Assembly (NCBI GenBank): GCA_016208165.1
Contig: JACQYL010000024.1
Coordinates: 3,234 to 67,233, forward strand
Direction: 5' to 3'
DNA length: 64,000 nt
DNA from: Deltaproteobacteria bacterium
GTDB lineage: Bacteria > Desulfobacterota > Desulfarculia > JACQYL01
How positions within the stretch are numbered: the first letter of the stretch is position 1; each line of letters begins with the position of its first letter. Positions 9,271 to 19,436 of this stretch are shown one piece after another. A program made the translations under genes and the position numbers. The notes under the pieces are model-generated. The model did not search any database. It was not told where the DNA came from and worked only from the letters and a program-made list of their open reading frames with translations.

Positions 9271-10842
9271 ATGACAAAATTACCGGTCGCACTGCCTTTT
9301 CAACAATCGGACGCCGGGCATCGTGGTTTCCAATTCCTCGAGGATCTGGCCACGGCGCACTGGTATTCCGAGGTTTTGTTTACCGCTCTGGATCTGAATC
9401 TCTTTGGCTGTATCGAGGCCGGCAACCAGGATTTGGACCGTCTGGCATGTGCGGCGAGCTGCCGGAAAGAATCTCTCGATCGGTTGTTGAGGGTGCTCGA
9501 GCGGCTGGAACTCGTGTGTCGCACCAATGAAGGTTGGTCGAACAACCCGATCGCCCGCCTCTATCTCATTCCGGGCTCGGAATCCTACATGGGCGACTTT
9601 TTTCTGTACCGGAGATACATCCGGCCCAAATGGTCCGGGCTCACGCAGGCCGTGTCTCCGGACCGCAACGCATCGGCAAGGATCGAAGCCCAGCAAGGGG
9701 AAGACTACGAGTGCAGGACGGAAAGATACGTTCGCGCCCTGGACGCGCTTGCAAGGGTGAAAGCGCCCGAAATCGTGTCCCTGATTCAAAGCCAAACATG
9801 GGAATCCCCCATTCTGGATGTGGCGGGCGGGGCGGGCGCCTTAAGCCGCGCATTGATCAAAACCAGGCCCGGAAGCCGCGCCGTGTTGTTCGAACTGCCC
9901 GAGGTCCTGAGCGCCGCAAAAATGCTGTATCCGGATCCCGCGGATTGGGAATCCATAGAGACTTCAGAAGGCGATTTCAGAACGCATCGTTTCGATCGGG
10001 AGCAGGTCTTCGGGCTGGTGCTGTTGAGCAATTTCCTCCATGCCTACGGTCCCGAAGAAGCGCGTCTTTTGTTGCATAAGGCCTTGGGCCTGCTGGCCCC
10101 TGACGGCTTGCTGGTCATCCACGATTACTTTCCCGACCGCTTCGGGCATTCCCCCCACAAGGGCGTTCTGTACGATCTGAACATGATGCTGAATACGTAT
10201 AACGGCGCGTGCCACGATACGGCGCATGTCGGAGAATGGATTTCCGAAGCGGGCATGACGCACGTGGCGACCCGGGATCTACCTTCGGATACCTCCGTGA
10301 TACTGGCCTCCCGCAGACCCCTGGAGAACACGGATCGCCCGGAGATGGAGGGATTGTTGCACGCGGCCCGATCCTCCGGTTTTTCCCGGGCCGTTCTCAT
10401 GCCCGCGGACCAGGTGGTCGTCGCACCCTGGGTGCGCTTGAAATGCCGGTTCGGCTGCTCCGGATACTCCAACAACCGTCAATGTCCTCCTTTCGCCATG
10501 CCGGAGGAGGCTACCAGACGGTTATTGGACACCTATGCCACCGTGATGGTGATCGAGGGCGCTCCACCCGGACTCGAATTCCATGAAAATTTGCTTCGAG
10601 TGGAAAAAGAGGCTTTTCTGGCCGGCTTTCACAAAGCCCTGGTCTTTGGGGCGGGACCCTGCCCTCTCTGTTCGCCCTGCCCGGTCGAAGGCCCATGCCG
10701 TCATCCCAAACGCGCCCGCCCATCCATGGAAGCCTGCGGCATGGACGTGTACGCCACGGCGCGCAATGCCGGTATTCGGATCGAACCTCTGACGGAACCG
10801 CTGCAATACGTAAAATACATCGGACTATTGCTCCTGGAGTGA
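9271..10842 (+). CDS. bzaC: SAM-dependent O-methyltransferase (BzaC-like) fused to a C-terminal Cys-rich DUF2284-type putative metal-binding domain
   Basis: Class I MTase motif LDVAGGAGALS. C-terminal ~170 aa carry CRFGCSGY...C...CPLCSPCPVEGPC Cys clusters. Position in the bza-like operon. Confidence 0.65.
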   Translation: MTKLPVALPFQQSDAGHRGFQFLEDLATAHWYSEVLFTALDLNLFGCIEAGNQDLDRLACAASCRKESLDRLLRVLERLELVCRTNEGWSNNPIARLYLIPGSESYMGDFFLYRRYIRPKWSGLTQAVSPDRNASARIEAQQGEDYECRTERYVRALDALARVKAPEIVSLIQSQTWESPILDVAGGAGALSRALIKTRPGSRAVLFELPEVLSAAKMLYPDPADWESIETSEGDFRTHRFDREQVFGLVLLSNFLHAYGPEEARLLLHKALGLLAPDGLLVIHDYFPDRFGHSPHKGVLYDLNMMLNTYNGACHDTAHVGEWISEAGMTHVATRDLPSDTSVILASRRPLENTDRPEMEGLLHAARSSGFSRAVLMPADQVVVAPWVRLKCRFGCSGYSNNRQCPPFAMPEEATRRLLDTYATVMVIEGAPPGLEFHENLLRVEKEAFLAGFHKALVFGAGPCPLCSPCPVEGPCRHPKRARPSMEACGMDVYATARNAGIRIEPLTEPLQYVKYIGLLLLE

Positions 10843-10907
10843 ATGGTATATGTGGCATCTGTTCGCAAGGTAGTTGGGGCCTTGCCCGTAGGTGGATTAT
10901 GGTGTGA

Positions 10908-10953
10908 GCGCCTCCCTCAGGAGCCTGCCCTGAGCTTGTCGAGGGGTGATGCC
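10908..10953 (+). repeat. Conserved 46-nt intergenic element (copy C)
   Basis: GCGCCTCCCTCAGGAGCCTGCCCTGAGCTTGTCGAGGGGTGATGCC; about 85% identical copy at 46756-46802. Confidence 0.65.
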
Positions 10954-11036
10954 AACCTCAAAAGTTTTGAAAAGGGGGTACGGGGGAGCCCCGCCACAGG
11001 CGGGGTTTCAAAAGTTTTCCCCCGTGGATCATTATC

Positions 11037-12416
11037 ATGCGGTTATTGCTGGTTCAGCTACCCACATCTCATCTGGGCGCAGGGGAACGCGTGTATCCCT
11101 TGGGCCTCTCGAGGCTTTCCGCGCTGGTCCCCCGGAACGCGGCCAAGGCCGCCCTGGATTTGAACCTGGCTGCGGATCCCTGGCCGGAACTCCGGAACGC
11201 TCTCCAATCGTTCCAGCCCGACGTGGTGGGATTGTCGTTTCGGAACCTGGATCCTCTGGCGGGTCACCAGGCTTCCTATCTTTCCGCTTTGAAAACGGCC
11301 GCCAAATTGGTTCGAGCGTCGATTCCCCATGCAAGGATTTGGGCGGGAGGTCCGGCCTTTTCCCTGTTCGCGGAGCGGATCATGATCGAGGCGCCCGAGG
11401 TGGACGCGGGGATCATCGGAGAGGGGGAAACCGCCCTGCCCCGCCTCTTGTCCCTCCATCGCACCCGCGATGCGATTCCCGGACTCGTTTACCGGACGAA
11501 GCGCGGAATCGTCAAACAGCCCGGGGCCTTTGTCTCGGATCTGGACACCCTCCCCGGCTTGGACGTGAAAAGCTTCCCCCCGGAGGCGTACTTAAGTGGG
11601 AACGCCTACGTAGCGTCCATGGGAATAGAAAGCAAACGGGGATGTGACCTGAGGTGCGGCTATTGCGTCTATCCTTGTCTCGGGGGAGGGAAACACCGGT
11701 TTCGAAGCCCCAAGAGCGTCGTGGACGAGATGGAACGGCTGCACACGGACCATGGCGTCGGTCTTTTTCATTTCACGGATCCGGTCCTGAATCGCCCGCC
11801 GGAACATCTCGAGGCGATCTGTCGCGAGCTTCTGAACCGAAAGTTGCGCGTGGAATGGACCGGTTTTTTCCGGGAAGACACGCTGTCGGAATCTTTGGCC
11901 CGGTTGGCGTCGGACGCAGGCCTGGCAGCCCTTTATTTCTCCGGCGACGCGCTTGCCGAACAGGGACTCCGGACATTGAACAAGCATATGACAACAGAGG
12001 ACCTTTTTGCCGCGGCCCGGATCGCCGCCCGAAGCGGCATTATCACGGTCTGCCATTTTCTGGTCAATTTGCCCGGAGACTCGAAGATACTGATCGAAGA
12101 GGCCTGGTCCACGTTGGACCGTATTTTGGACATCCATTCCAAGGCGGGAAATCTGGGCGCCGTGGTGTTCAATAACGTTCGACTGTATCCCGGGGCGCCG
12201 TTGACCGGAAAACTCGCGAATGACGGATTTCTGGACCCGGCCACGGATCTTTTGTATCCAACCTATTTCAATCCCCCAACATTCGCACATGTATTGCACG
12301 AAATGGAAGCCCACTGCCACCTGGCCGGCGTATTTTCGCGGTTGGGTCTGACCATGGAAACGAGGACGAACCCCCATGAACATCCGTATACTCGAGCATC
12401 CGCGGATTCCTTCTGA
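11037..12416 (+). CDS. bzaD: B12-binding radical SAM methyltransferase (BzaD-like)
   Basis: N-terminal B12-binding domain plus radical SAM CDLRCGYCVYP. Follows bzaC. Confidence 0.65.
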   Translation: MRLLLVQLPTSHLGAGERVYPLGLSRLSALVPRNAAKAALDLNLAADPWPELRNALQSFQPDVVGLSFRNLDPLAGHQASYLSALKTAAKLVRASIPHARIWAGGPAFSLFAERIMIEAPEVDAGIIGEGETALPRLLSLHRTRDAIPGLVYRTKRGIVKQPGAFVSDLDTLPGLDVKSFPPEAYLSGNAYVASMGIESKRGCDLRCGYCVYPCLGGGKHRFRSPKSVVDEMERLHTDHGVGLFHFTDPVLNRPPEHLEAICRELLNRKLRVEWTGFFREDTLSESLARLASDAGLAALYFSGDALAEQGLRTLNKHMTTEDLFAAARIAARSGIITVCHFLVNLPGDSKILIEEAWSTLDRILDIHSKAGNLGAVVFNNVRLYPGAPLTGKLANDGFLDPATDLLYPTYFNPPTFAHVLHEMEAHCHLAGVFSRLGLTMETRTNPHEHPYTRASADSF

Positions 12417-13893
12417 GAAACGCTTCAACGAGATCGCCAACACGCCGCTCTGGTCCTGTCTCATGGCCGGTTACGCGGCCGCCGCTTTGATGGAAGCCGG
12501 ACATGACGTCAGCCTATTGGACGCTCCGAGTCGCCACAACGAGTTCGGGGAAACCGTCTCGGACCTTTTGGCGCATCCGCCCGACGCGCTGTTCGTACAC
12601 GCCGTGTATTTCTGGGAACATACGGGTGCGCTGTTTCAATGCCTATCCCGTGTCAGAGACGAAGGATACGGCGGACATATCTGCCTGTTCGGCTTTTTCC
12701 CGACCCTGGCATATCCGGTCCTCCTCATGAATAACCGGGTTGTGGACAGTATTGCCGTGGGCGAGTTCGAGCACACTCTGGTGGATTTGGCCGAGAGACT
12801 GCGATCCGGCCGCCAGTGGCAGGATGTTCCGGGATTGGCGTTCCGGACGCCGGCAAGAATCGAGATGGCGGCAAGGCGCCCTCCGGCCCCGGACCCGGAC
12901 GCCTTTCCCTTTCCGATTCGATTCGAGCTTCCACCGTCAACGGCAAGCATACTGGCCGGCCGCGGGTGTTACAACCAGTGCAGTTTCTGTCCGGTGCCCT
13001 GTTTTTACAGCGAAGGTCCGCTCTGGCGTGGGAGATCGGTGAAGAACGTGATCCGGGAAGTCGAGGATTTGACGGATCGGGGATTCCGGGATTTCTATTT
13101 TGTGGACGCCAACTTCGTGGGACCGGGGACCGAGGGCAAAGAGCGGATCATCCGGTTGGCCCGGCGTCTCGAACCTCTCGGCGTTACATTCGGTATGGAA
13201 AGCAGGCCCAACGATTTGGATAGCAGGCTGCTCGAGACACTCCGGGCTGCGGGTCTCGAAAGCCTCCTCATGGGCATCGAAAGCGGCTCGACGGCGTCGT
13301 TGGGGCGGCTCCGCAAGGGCTGTTCGAGGGAAACCGCCGAAGAGGCCATCGCCCTGTGCCGGTCGTTCGGCATCGAGCCGGAGGTGGGTTTCATCATGTT
13401 CGAGCCGGACGGAACCATGGAAGACCTGCGAGCCAACCTGGATTTCCTGACAAAGAACCGGTTGCTGGATCGTTTGGGCCGGACGGCTAATGTGCTTTGC
13501 CACCGCCAGATCGTGCTCATGGGAACGCCCGGTTATCGCCAATACCAATTGTCGGGCAGGCTCGAGCCGCGAGGCTACCTCGGATTCGAAGGCGAAGTGA
13601 CGTTTCTGGACCCTCGGGTTTTGTGGATGTCCAAAGTGATGCGTTTTTGTTGCCTTTCGGTGCTCAAGGCCATGTCCGAGCCCATGTCGCCCATCTACTG
13701 GGAAAAAGAGGCTCCCTACAGTGAACCGTTTCAGCGTGTCAATGCATGGCTGGTGGAATTGTTCGAGCGGTTGCTCGAATCTGCGGAAAACACGACATCG
13801 CTTCCGAAGCTCGCAGATCTCGAGGGCGACATCGAGGGGGAACTTCAAGAGAAGATACGACAGGACAGATGCCCCCTTCGGCAGACCAGATGA
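12376..13893 (+). CDS. bzaE: B12-binding radical SAM enzyme (BzaE-like)
   Basis: B12-binding domain plus CYNQCSFCPVP radical SAM motif. Overlaps bzaD by 41 nt (translational coupling). Confidence 0.65.
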   Translation: MNIRILEHPRIPSEKRFNEIANTPLWSCLMAGYAAAALMEAGHDVSLLDAPSRHNEFGETVSDLLAHPPDALFVHAVYFWEHTGALFQCLSRVRDEGYGGHICLFGFFPTLAYPVLLMNNRVVDSIAVGEFEHTLVDLAERLRSGRQWQDVPGLAFRTPARIEMAARRPPAPDPDAFPFPIRFELPPSTASILAGRGCYNQCSFCPVPCFYSEGPLWRGRSVKNVIREVEDLTDRGFRDFYFVDANFVGPGTEGKERIIRLARRLEPLGVTFGMESRPNDLDSRLLETLRAAGLESLLMGIESGSTASLGRLRKGCSRETAEEAIALCRSFGIEPEVGFIMFEPDGTMEDLRANLDFLTKNRLLDRLGRTANVLCHRQIVLMGTPGYRQYQLSGRLEPRGYLGFEGEVTFLDPRVLWMSKVMRFCCLSVLKAMSEPMSPIYWEKEAPYSEPFQRVNAWLVELFERLLESAENTTSLPKLADLEGDIEGELQEKIRQDRCPLRQTR

Positions 13894-14013
13894 GGCGCCC
13901 CTTGTCTCCGCGCCGCGTCCACCCTTATGGCGGTAAACATTTCCTACCGCCACGAACGGCTGTCGATCACTCACTTCACGGCTGTTTCTACTATTCCTCG
14001 ACGCGGACGATCA

Positions 14014-14970
14014 CTAGGGAGCGGACAACAGAATAGTCAACGGCGCCGTTACGGCGGAGTCCGTTGGAATTCCGTTCCAGCCGGCCAATCGGGCCATCAG
14101 CCACCAGAACGCCTTGGCTTTGAGCATGCAGTTGAGGCCGTGCGTATGCGCGCATTCGGTATCGTCCGCCGGCCGGTACAGGCAGTCCGGATCGTCCGGG
14201 TGCGCATTGCACCAGTCGGCGCACCAGGTACAGGAATCGTCCGTATCGGGATGATAGTTTCCGTCCGGATCGTATTGTTCGATGTCCGCAAAATCGTAAA
14301 GGATCTTGTTGTTTGCGTTCACGTAATCCCGAACCATCCGGTTGTTTCGGATCAAGTCCGCACCGCCTCCATCCGTGTGCCCGGTCATATAGATAAACCT
14401 CATGCCCGAAAACTCGGTTCCCAATGTATCCAGAGCGGCCAGATACTGGTTGACCGTTTCCTCGGAATTCGAGGACTGCTGGCCACACCATGCCCACATG
14501 GAAAAGTTGAACAGCCCGGTGTTCGCCACGGCCCGGGTGCGGTCCAGGCCTGAGTCGGTCGCCCAATAGTCATCGGGCTCGATATAGGTTTCCGGTGGGT
14601 TCCCGTCGTACATGCGGAAAGCCGGTGGAGTTTCCTGAGGAGGCAATGCCGCGGTGTCGGCGTCTTCCCTGATTGCAGCACTGTATTTAGGATCGATCGC
14701 TTCCAGGGCCAGAAGGCCGGCCACGATTTGCGAGCCGTGGGAGGTGTGCGCATAATGAAAGGCGAGCGTTTTGGCCGCGTCGATCCACTTGTCCGGGATA
14801 CGGCTGAACCGCCGGACAGCCAGGTGATCCGCCGTCAGGGCATGCGCGGAACTCGTATCGAGCGAAGCACCGGGTCCAAAACCACATACGGCCGCGATAA
14901 ACGTCGCCAACATGCCCGCACCATTCACAATTCGATTTCTCAACTTCCCTCTCCTCAACCTATTCGGCAA
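14014..14970 (-). CDS. Exported hypothetical protein (Cys/Asp/Trp-rich C-terminus)
   Basis: 318-aa ORF. A signal-peptide-like MLATFIAAVCGFG begins at the alternative ATG at 14913. No recognisable family. Confidence 0.5.
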   Translation of the reverse strand: MPNRLRRGKLRNRIVNGAGMLATFIAAVCGFGPGASLDTSSAHALTADHLAVRRFSRIPDKWIDAAKTLAFHYAHTSHGSQIVAGLLALEAIDPKYSAAIREDADTAALPPQETPPAFRMYDGNPPETYIEPDDYWATDSGLDRTRAVANTGLFNFSMWAWCGQQSSNSEETVNQYLAALDTLGTEFSGMRFIYMTGHTDGGGADLIRNNRMVRDYVNANNKILYDFADIEQYDPDGNYHPDTDDSCTWCADWCNAHPDDPDCLYRPADDTECAHTHGLNCMLKAKAFWWLMARLAGWNGIPTDSAVTAPLTILLSAP

Positions 14971-15059
14971 CCGGGGCTTGAGTACGCCGTTTCAGATTGC
15001 TTTGTCATTAAGAGTACGTATGTGCGAATATCACTGCGGATCGTTGCCCACTTCAGCAA

Positions 15060-15521
15060 TCATCTGGATAATTGTTCCTTCATCTTCAGGAAATTCAGCA
15101 CGTCCCAGATGTCTCTTTCGGACAGAACGCCTTTCCACGCCGGCATGTGTCCATATCCATTGGATACGATCCACGCGAGCTTGCCTACCGGCTCTTCAAC
15201 TATGGCCCGTATCAAATCGGCGGGTCTGTGAGGGAGCTTATCCGCCATGGGTCCGTCACCCTTGGCGGAGGCGCCGTGGCAACTGACACAGTTTTTGCTG
15301 AAATGACCCTCACCGCGTGAAACGGATTCCGCTTCGAACGGAACGGGGTTCACCCTCTTCTCAACTCCCTCCGGCGCCTCGATGTGCCCGTGTTGGGTTC
15401 CTTCCATGTGATCGTGGGCACTCTTTGGCGGCGGTTGCTTTTCTACCATATAAGCACCGGCTAAGCCGAGAAGCGAGCACACGGACACCAAGGAGACCAG
15501 CCACTTCAGACCGTTCTTCAT
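15060..15521 (-). CDS. Periplasmic monoheme class I cytochrome c
   Basis: Signal peptide, single CVSCH heme-binding motif, downstream Met ligand region. Confidence 0.75.
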   Translation of the reverse strand: MKNGLKWLVSLVSVCSLLGLAGAYMVEKQPPPKSAHDHMEGTQHGHIEAPEGVEKRVNPVPFEAESVSRGEGHFSKNCVSCHGASAKGDGPMADKLPHRPADLIRAIVEEPVGKLAWIVSNGYGHMPAWKGVLSERDIWDVLNFLKMKEQLSR

Positions 15522-15629
15522 GATTGCACCTCCCCTATTAATACCTCAAAATCTTTGGCTCCGTTCTCCACTGTTGATGGATTGGGAACACCACAAACGC
15601 GGAGGTCCATTCCAAGTATCCGAAACGAT

Positions 15630-16439
15630 TCAAGGGCCGAACCGACGGACGCCCGGATCCGCTATCCAACGCCGTTCGATTTCAGCCATTTCCTCCTTCG
15701 AAATAGCGTTCAACCCTCTATTGACGAGTTCCAGCAATTCCTTCCGGCCCTTACGGACCCCGGCGCACATGTCTTTGGTGTAGAACTCTTCGGCCGGCTT
15801 CCCGATTTGGTCCTTCCACCCTTCAGGTTCGAGCAATGTGAGCATGCCCAACGATTCGTCGGCAAAGGCTCGGATGCCCCCCGATAGCGCGGCTCGGACC
15901 ATTGTCTTGGGCTCGTCGTACCGTACGAGGACTAGATCCGGCTTGTGCACGGCCAGGAAGTTCTCGGCGTCGCCCCCCCGGACGACCCCCACCTTGAGAC
16001 CCTTGAGACCGCTCAAGTCAAGGACCGTGCCCTGGTTCAAGGGGTAGAAAAGCGCCGATCCGGAAGCATAGATGGGCATCGAGAAGTCGATCCAGGTTTC
16101 TCTTTCCTCGTTCCTGAACAGACCCATGTGAACATCCACGAGACCTTGTCTGAGATTGCTCAATGTACCTTCCCAGTCGGAAACCCGAAACGTTATCTTG
16201 TGTCCCGTCTTGTCGGACCAGAGCCGCCACAGATCCACGAGCATTCCGGCTGGTTCGTTTTCGGCATTCGCCGTGGTGTACGGAGGAAACTCCCGGTCGC
16301 ACGAAATGACCAACGTTTCGGGGACTCGAGCATCGGGTTCGGACATGTCGCCCGCTTCGGAGCATGCGACCGGGGCGCATAATACTACCCACAATAGAAA
16401 AAGTAACATTCGAAAAGCGCGGCCTGTTTTCACGTACAC
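15630..16439 (-). CDS. Periplasmic solute-binding protein, family 3 (amino-acid ABC/TCS-linked SBP-like)
   Basis: Signal peptide and SBP_bac_3-like sequence. Confidence 0.6.
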   Translation of the reverse strand: MYVKTGRAFRMLLFLLWVVLCAPVACSEAGDMSEPDARVPETLVISCDREFPPYTTANAENEPAGMLVDLWRLWSDKTGHKITFRVSDWEGTLSNLRQGLVDVHMGLFRNEERETWIDFSMPIYASGSALFYPLNQGTVLDLSGLKGLKVGVVRGGDAENFLAVHKPDLVLVRYDEPKTMVRAALSGGIRAFADESLGMLTLLEPEGWKDQIGKPAEEFYTKDMCAGVRKGRKELLELVNRGLNAISKEEMAEIERRWIADPGVRRFGP

Positions 16440-16486
16440 TTTGACTCTCCTTGATTACCGAAATTCAGCACTAGGCGAAGGTAGTG

Positions 16487-17425
16487 TCATTCGGCAGTCC
16501 ATACTTCCCAGACGGCTTCATAAAACACCGTGCCGGAGGCTTCCGCAGCAACAGGCTCGCTGGACGGCGTCCCGTCCCCGGCAACCACGGAAATACCCCG
16601 CATCCGCTGTGCGAGTTCTTCCTCCCCGCCGTCGAACGCCTGCAATCCGCTCCCGCCAAGAACGCGCATGGGAACATCCGCAAGCGCCGCTTCGCTTGCG
16701 TACACCAAAATCCGATCCTTTCCGTAAGGTTCTCCTACCTCCAGTTCGAAGCGGTCCCCCTCACCGGGAATGGTGTAGATCTCGCCGCCTTTGAAATGGT
16801 TGGCCTGACGAAACCGGTTGGGGAGGAGCTGCACCAGCTCTCCGGTGCTGGTCTTGTCCACAATCCTGGCGAAATAGTCTTTATTCCCCCTCATATGGAT
16901 GACGATGCGCTCGCCTTTCTTGTACCGTTTTTTCTCGGTCCAGATTTTCACGGTCAGAGGCGCCTTTTCGTCCATGAGCAGGGGCATGTCCGGCTTCTCG
17001 GCTTTGGAAGCCAGATCGTAGAACACCTCGGCTTTGATCCAGACATGGTACCGCGTATTGTCCACGATTCCTTGGTCTTTCTGGTCGATCACCCGTATGG
17101 CGGCCTCCGCCTTGGACAGGATCACATCGTATTGCACCTCGAAATTCTCTACTTTGGTATTCGATTGCACGTACGTAAGGACGGCTTCGGCCGCGTTTCT
17201 CTTCGCGTCCGCCAACGCCTGAACCTTCGCCTGATTCAACGTGATGTCGCCACCCAAATACGAAAAGCCGTCGGCTTCCTGAATCACCGACCGTTTCTCT
17301 TCGTCCGGAACCACATATATGCCTCTCGCGCCTCCAGGGCCTTGCGCATAAACTAAAAGCACGGACCAGATCCAGAATGAAACCGCCAGTCCGATGCCGT
17401 ACCGCATCCATTGTCGAGTCCGCAT
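16487..17425 (-). CDS. Secreted hypothetical protein
   Basis: N-terminal TM/signal segment. 312 aa, no confident family. Confidence 0.45.
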   Translation of the reverse strand: MRTRQWMRYGIGLAVSFWIWSVLLVYAQGPGGARGIYVVPDEEKRSVIQEADGFSYLGGDITLNQAKVQALADAKRNAAEAVLTYVQSNTKVENFEVQYDVILSKAEAAIRVIDQKDQGIVDNTRYHVWIKAEVFYDLASKAEKPDMPLLMDEKAPLTVKIWTEKKRYKKGERIVIHMRGNKDYFARIVDKTSTGELVQLLPNRFRQANHFKGGEIYTIPGEGDRFELEVGEPYGKDRILVYASEAALADVPMRVLGGSGLQAFDGGEEELAQRMRGISVVAGDGTPSSEPVAAEASGTVFYEAVWEVWTAE

Positions 17426-17726
17426 ACGACCTCCCTTACTATTCGATCGGAACGATTCATAATCCTGAAGCCCGATGACGGAAAAACGGTTCGTGATCTT
17501 TCTCGTCGCGGGGTTCCTCTCATGCCTTGCGATCAGACAAATCGCCTCTATCGAAGTTTTCCGGCTATCCGCACTTTCCGACCGCAGCTAATTATAGTAT
17601 GACGAGGGAGAAGATGGAAGCTTCCTGCGCAATTATTCAGGTGGGAACCTTTGAATTTCGCTGTTGCCGGGTCCGACGATGTTCCCGGCCCCGGAAATCA
17701 TGAAAGAGGTTTGGGGAAAGTTCGGA

Positions 17727-18272
17727 TCAGAATTCGATCCCCTTCACGGCGTCGACTCCCTTACGGTAGTGGTGCTTGACTTCGCACATTTCGGTGACCG
17801 TATCCGCGATTTCGATGATCTCCCGCGGCGCGAATCGGCCCGTCAGAATCACATGGAGACGCCGAGGCCGACTCTGAAGCAGATCGATCACTTCCCCCAC
17901 GGAAACAAAACCGTAATGGACGGCCACGTTGATTTCGTCCAGGATCACAAGCTCATATTGGTCCGAGTATACGGCCGCTCTGGCTTTTTCCCAGGCTTCA
18001 CGGGCCTTGGCCGCGTGCTTATCCATGGGCCCATTCTCGTCCACCATTCCCAACCCAAGGGAATGGATTTCGACGTTGTCCAAGCGTTGAATGGACTGTA
18101 ATTCACCGTAATTCAACGAAGCTTTGATAAATTGAAGGATAATGGTGTTCAGACCCTGTCCGGCAGCCCGGATGGCCGCTCCCAAGGAAGCAGTGGTCTT
18201 TCCTTTTCCCGTGCCGGTATTGACGAGCACCAGGCCTCTATACTCTTTCCCTGACGCGTGTTCCAAGCTCAC
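17727..18272 (-). CDS. cobO: Cob(I)yrinic acid a,c-diamide / corrinoid adenosyltransferase
   Basis: CobA/CobO/BtuR family with NTGTGKGKTT P-loop. 181 aa. Confidence 0.85.
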   Translation of the reverse strand: MSLEHASGKEYRGLVLVNTGTGKGKTTASLGAAIRAAGQGLNTIILQFIKASLNYGELQSIQRLDNVEIHSLGLGMVDENGPMDKHAAKAREAWEKARAAVYSDQYELVILDEINVAVHYGFVSVGEVIDLLQSRPRRLHVILTGRFAPREIIEIADTVTEMCEVKHHYRKGVDAVKGIEF

Positions 18273-18298
18273 GGTTATCCTCTTGAAATAAAAAGAGC

Positions 18299-19276
18299 CT
18301 AAAAACCACTCGATCCGGAGATACGGGCTTCCGCTATTTTCTTCCGAATCCTATGCACCACCTGATCCCGTGCCGCATAAAGATCCATCTCACGGTGGAA
18401 GACCTTCCTAGTGAGCTCGAGGAAATCAGGGTCCTCGTCCCAACCTGACCAGAAATCCTCTCTAAGTCTGCTGAACACAAGCTCAGCCATCTCAGCCCGG
18501 ATTTGTCCCTGCCTTCTGCTCTCCAATCTGCCGTCCTGATGCAGGAAATCCCGATGTGCTTCCACGGCCTTCCACAATTCCCCGATTCCTTCACCCAAAT
18601 GCGCATGGGTCCGGATCACGGGAGGTCGCCAATCTCGAGGTTCGAGGGCCATGTCCAGGGACCTTTCGATCTCGAGGCACGTCAAATCCACACCGGGGAG
18701 ATCGGCTTTGTTCACCACGAAAACGTCCGCAATCTCCATGATCCCGGCTTTCATGGTTTGTATATAGTCGCCTGAACTGGGCATCGTTACCACCAGCACG
18801 GTATCCACTTCTTTAACAATGTCCAATTCCACCTGGCCGACGCCCACGGTTTCCACCAGGATCATGTCACAGCCAAGCGCCTCCAGTATTCGGATGGCGC
18901 CCTTGCTGGCTTCACTGAGTCCCCCCAGATGCCCGCGCGTGCCCATACTGCGGATGAACACGTTTTCGTTCTCGGCGAAAGCGTGCATTCGAACACGGTC
19001 TCCCAAAAGCGCTCCACCCGAGAAAGGACTGCTGGAATCCACAGCGATCACACCCAGGCGCAATTCCTTGGTACAGCCCACATATATGAATTGATCCACC
19101 AGGGTGCTTTTCCCCACGCCCGGGGGACCCGTAAACCCGATGACTTTGGATCGGCCCGTGTAGGGATGAATCAGCCTCATGATTTCCGGAATTTTCGGGG
19201 ACTTGTTTTCGACCATTGAAATCAGCTTTGATGCTGCGATCTGATCCCCCTCCAAAAGACGATCGATCCACTCCAT
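18299..19276 (-). CDS. meaB: Methylmalonyl-CoA mutase-associated G-protein chaperone MeaB/ArgK
   Basis: GPPGVGKST P-loop and NKAD motif. Start trimmed to MEWIDRLL (ATG 19276); the longer six-frame ORF overlaps the upstream DUF35 gene. Confidence 0.8.
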   Translation of the reverse strand: MEWIDRLLEGDQIAASKLISMVENKSPKIPEIMRLIHPYTGRSKVIGFTGPPGVGKSTLVDQFIYVGCTKELRLGVIAVDSSSPFSGGALLGDRVRMHAFAENENVFIRSMGTRGHLGGLSEASKGAIRILEALGCDMILVETVGVGQVELDIVKEVDTVLVVTMPSSGDYIQTMKAGIMEIADVFVVNKADLPGVDLTCLEIERSLDMALEPRDWRPPVIRTHAHLGEGIGELWKAVEAHRDFLHQDGRLESRRQGQIRAEMAELVFSRLREDFWSGWDEDPDFLELTRKVFHREMDLYAARDQVVHRIRKKIAEARISGSSGF

Positions 19277-19436
19277 GACGCAGAGCCCCTTTCCCGAACG
19301 GGTTGTGATCCGTGATCTCCTGTTCGCATGCGGCGTCAAATTACAGAGGAATTCCATCCCGAATGATTCGCCGGACAGGACCTTTGCTGATAAGCCTTCC
19401 CCAGACCTCCCATCAAAAGCATTGGGCAAACAGGAT

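Noticed and set aside
13927-14566. Overlapping 190-210-aa ORFs on both strands
   Set aside because: Out-of-frame shadows of the 14014-14970 secreted protein gene; Arg/Gly-rich, no RBS.
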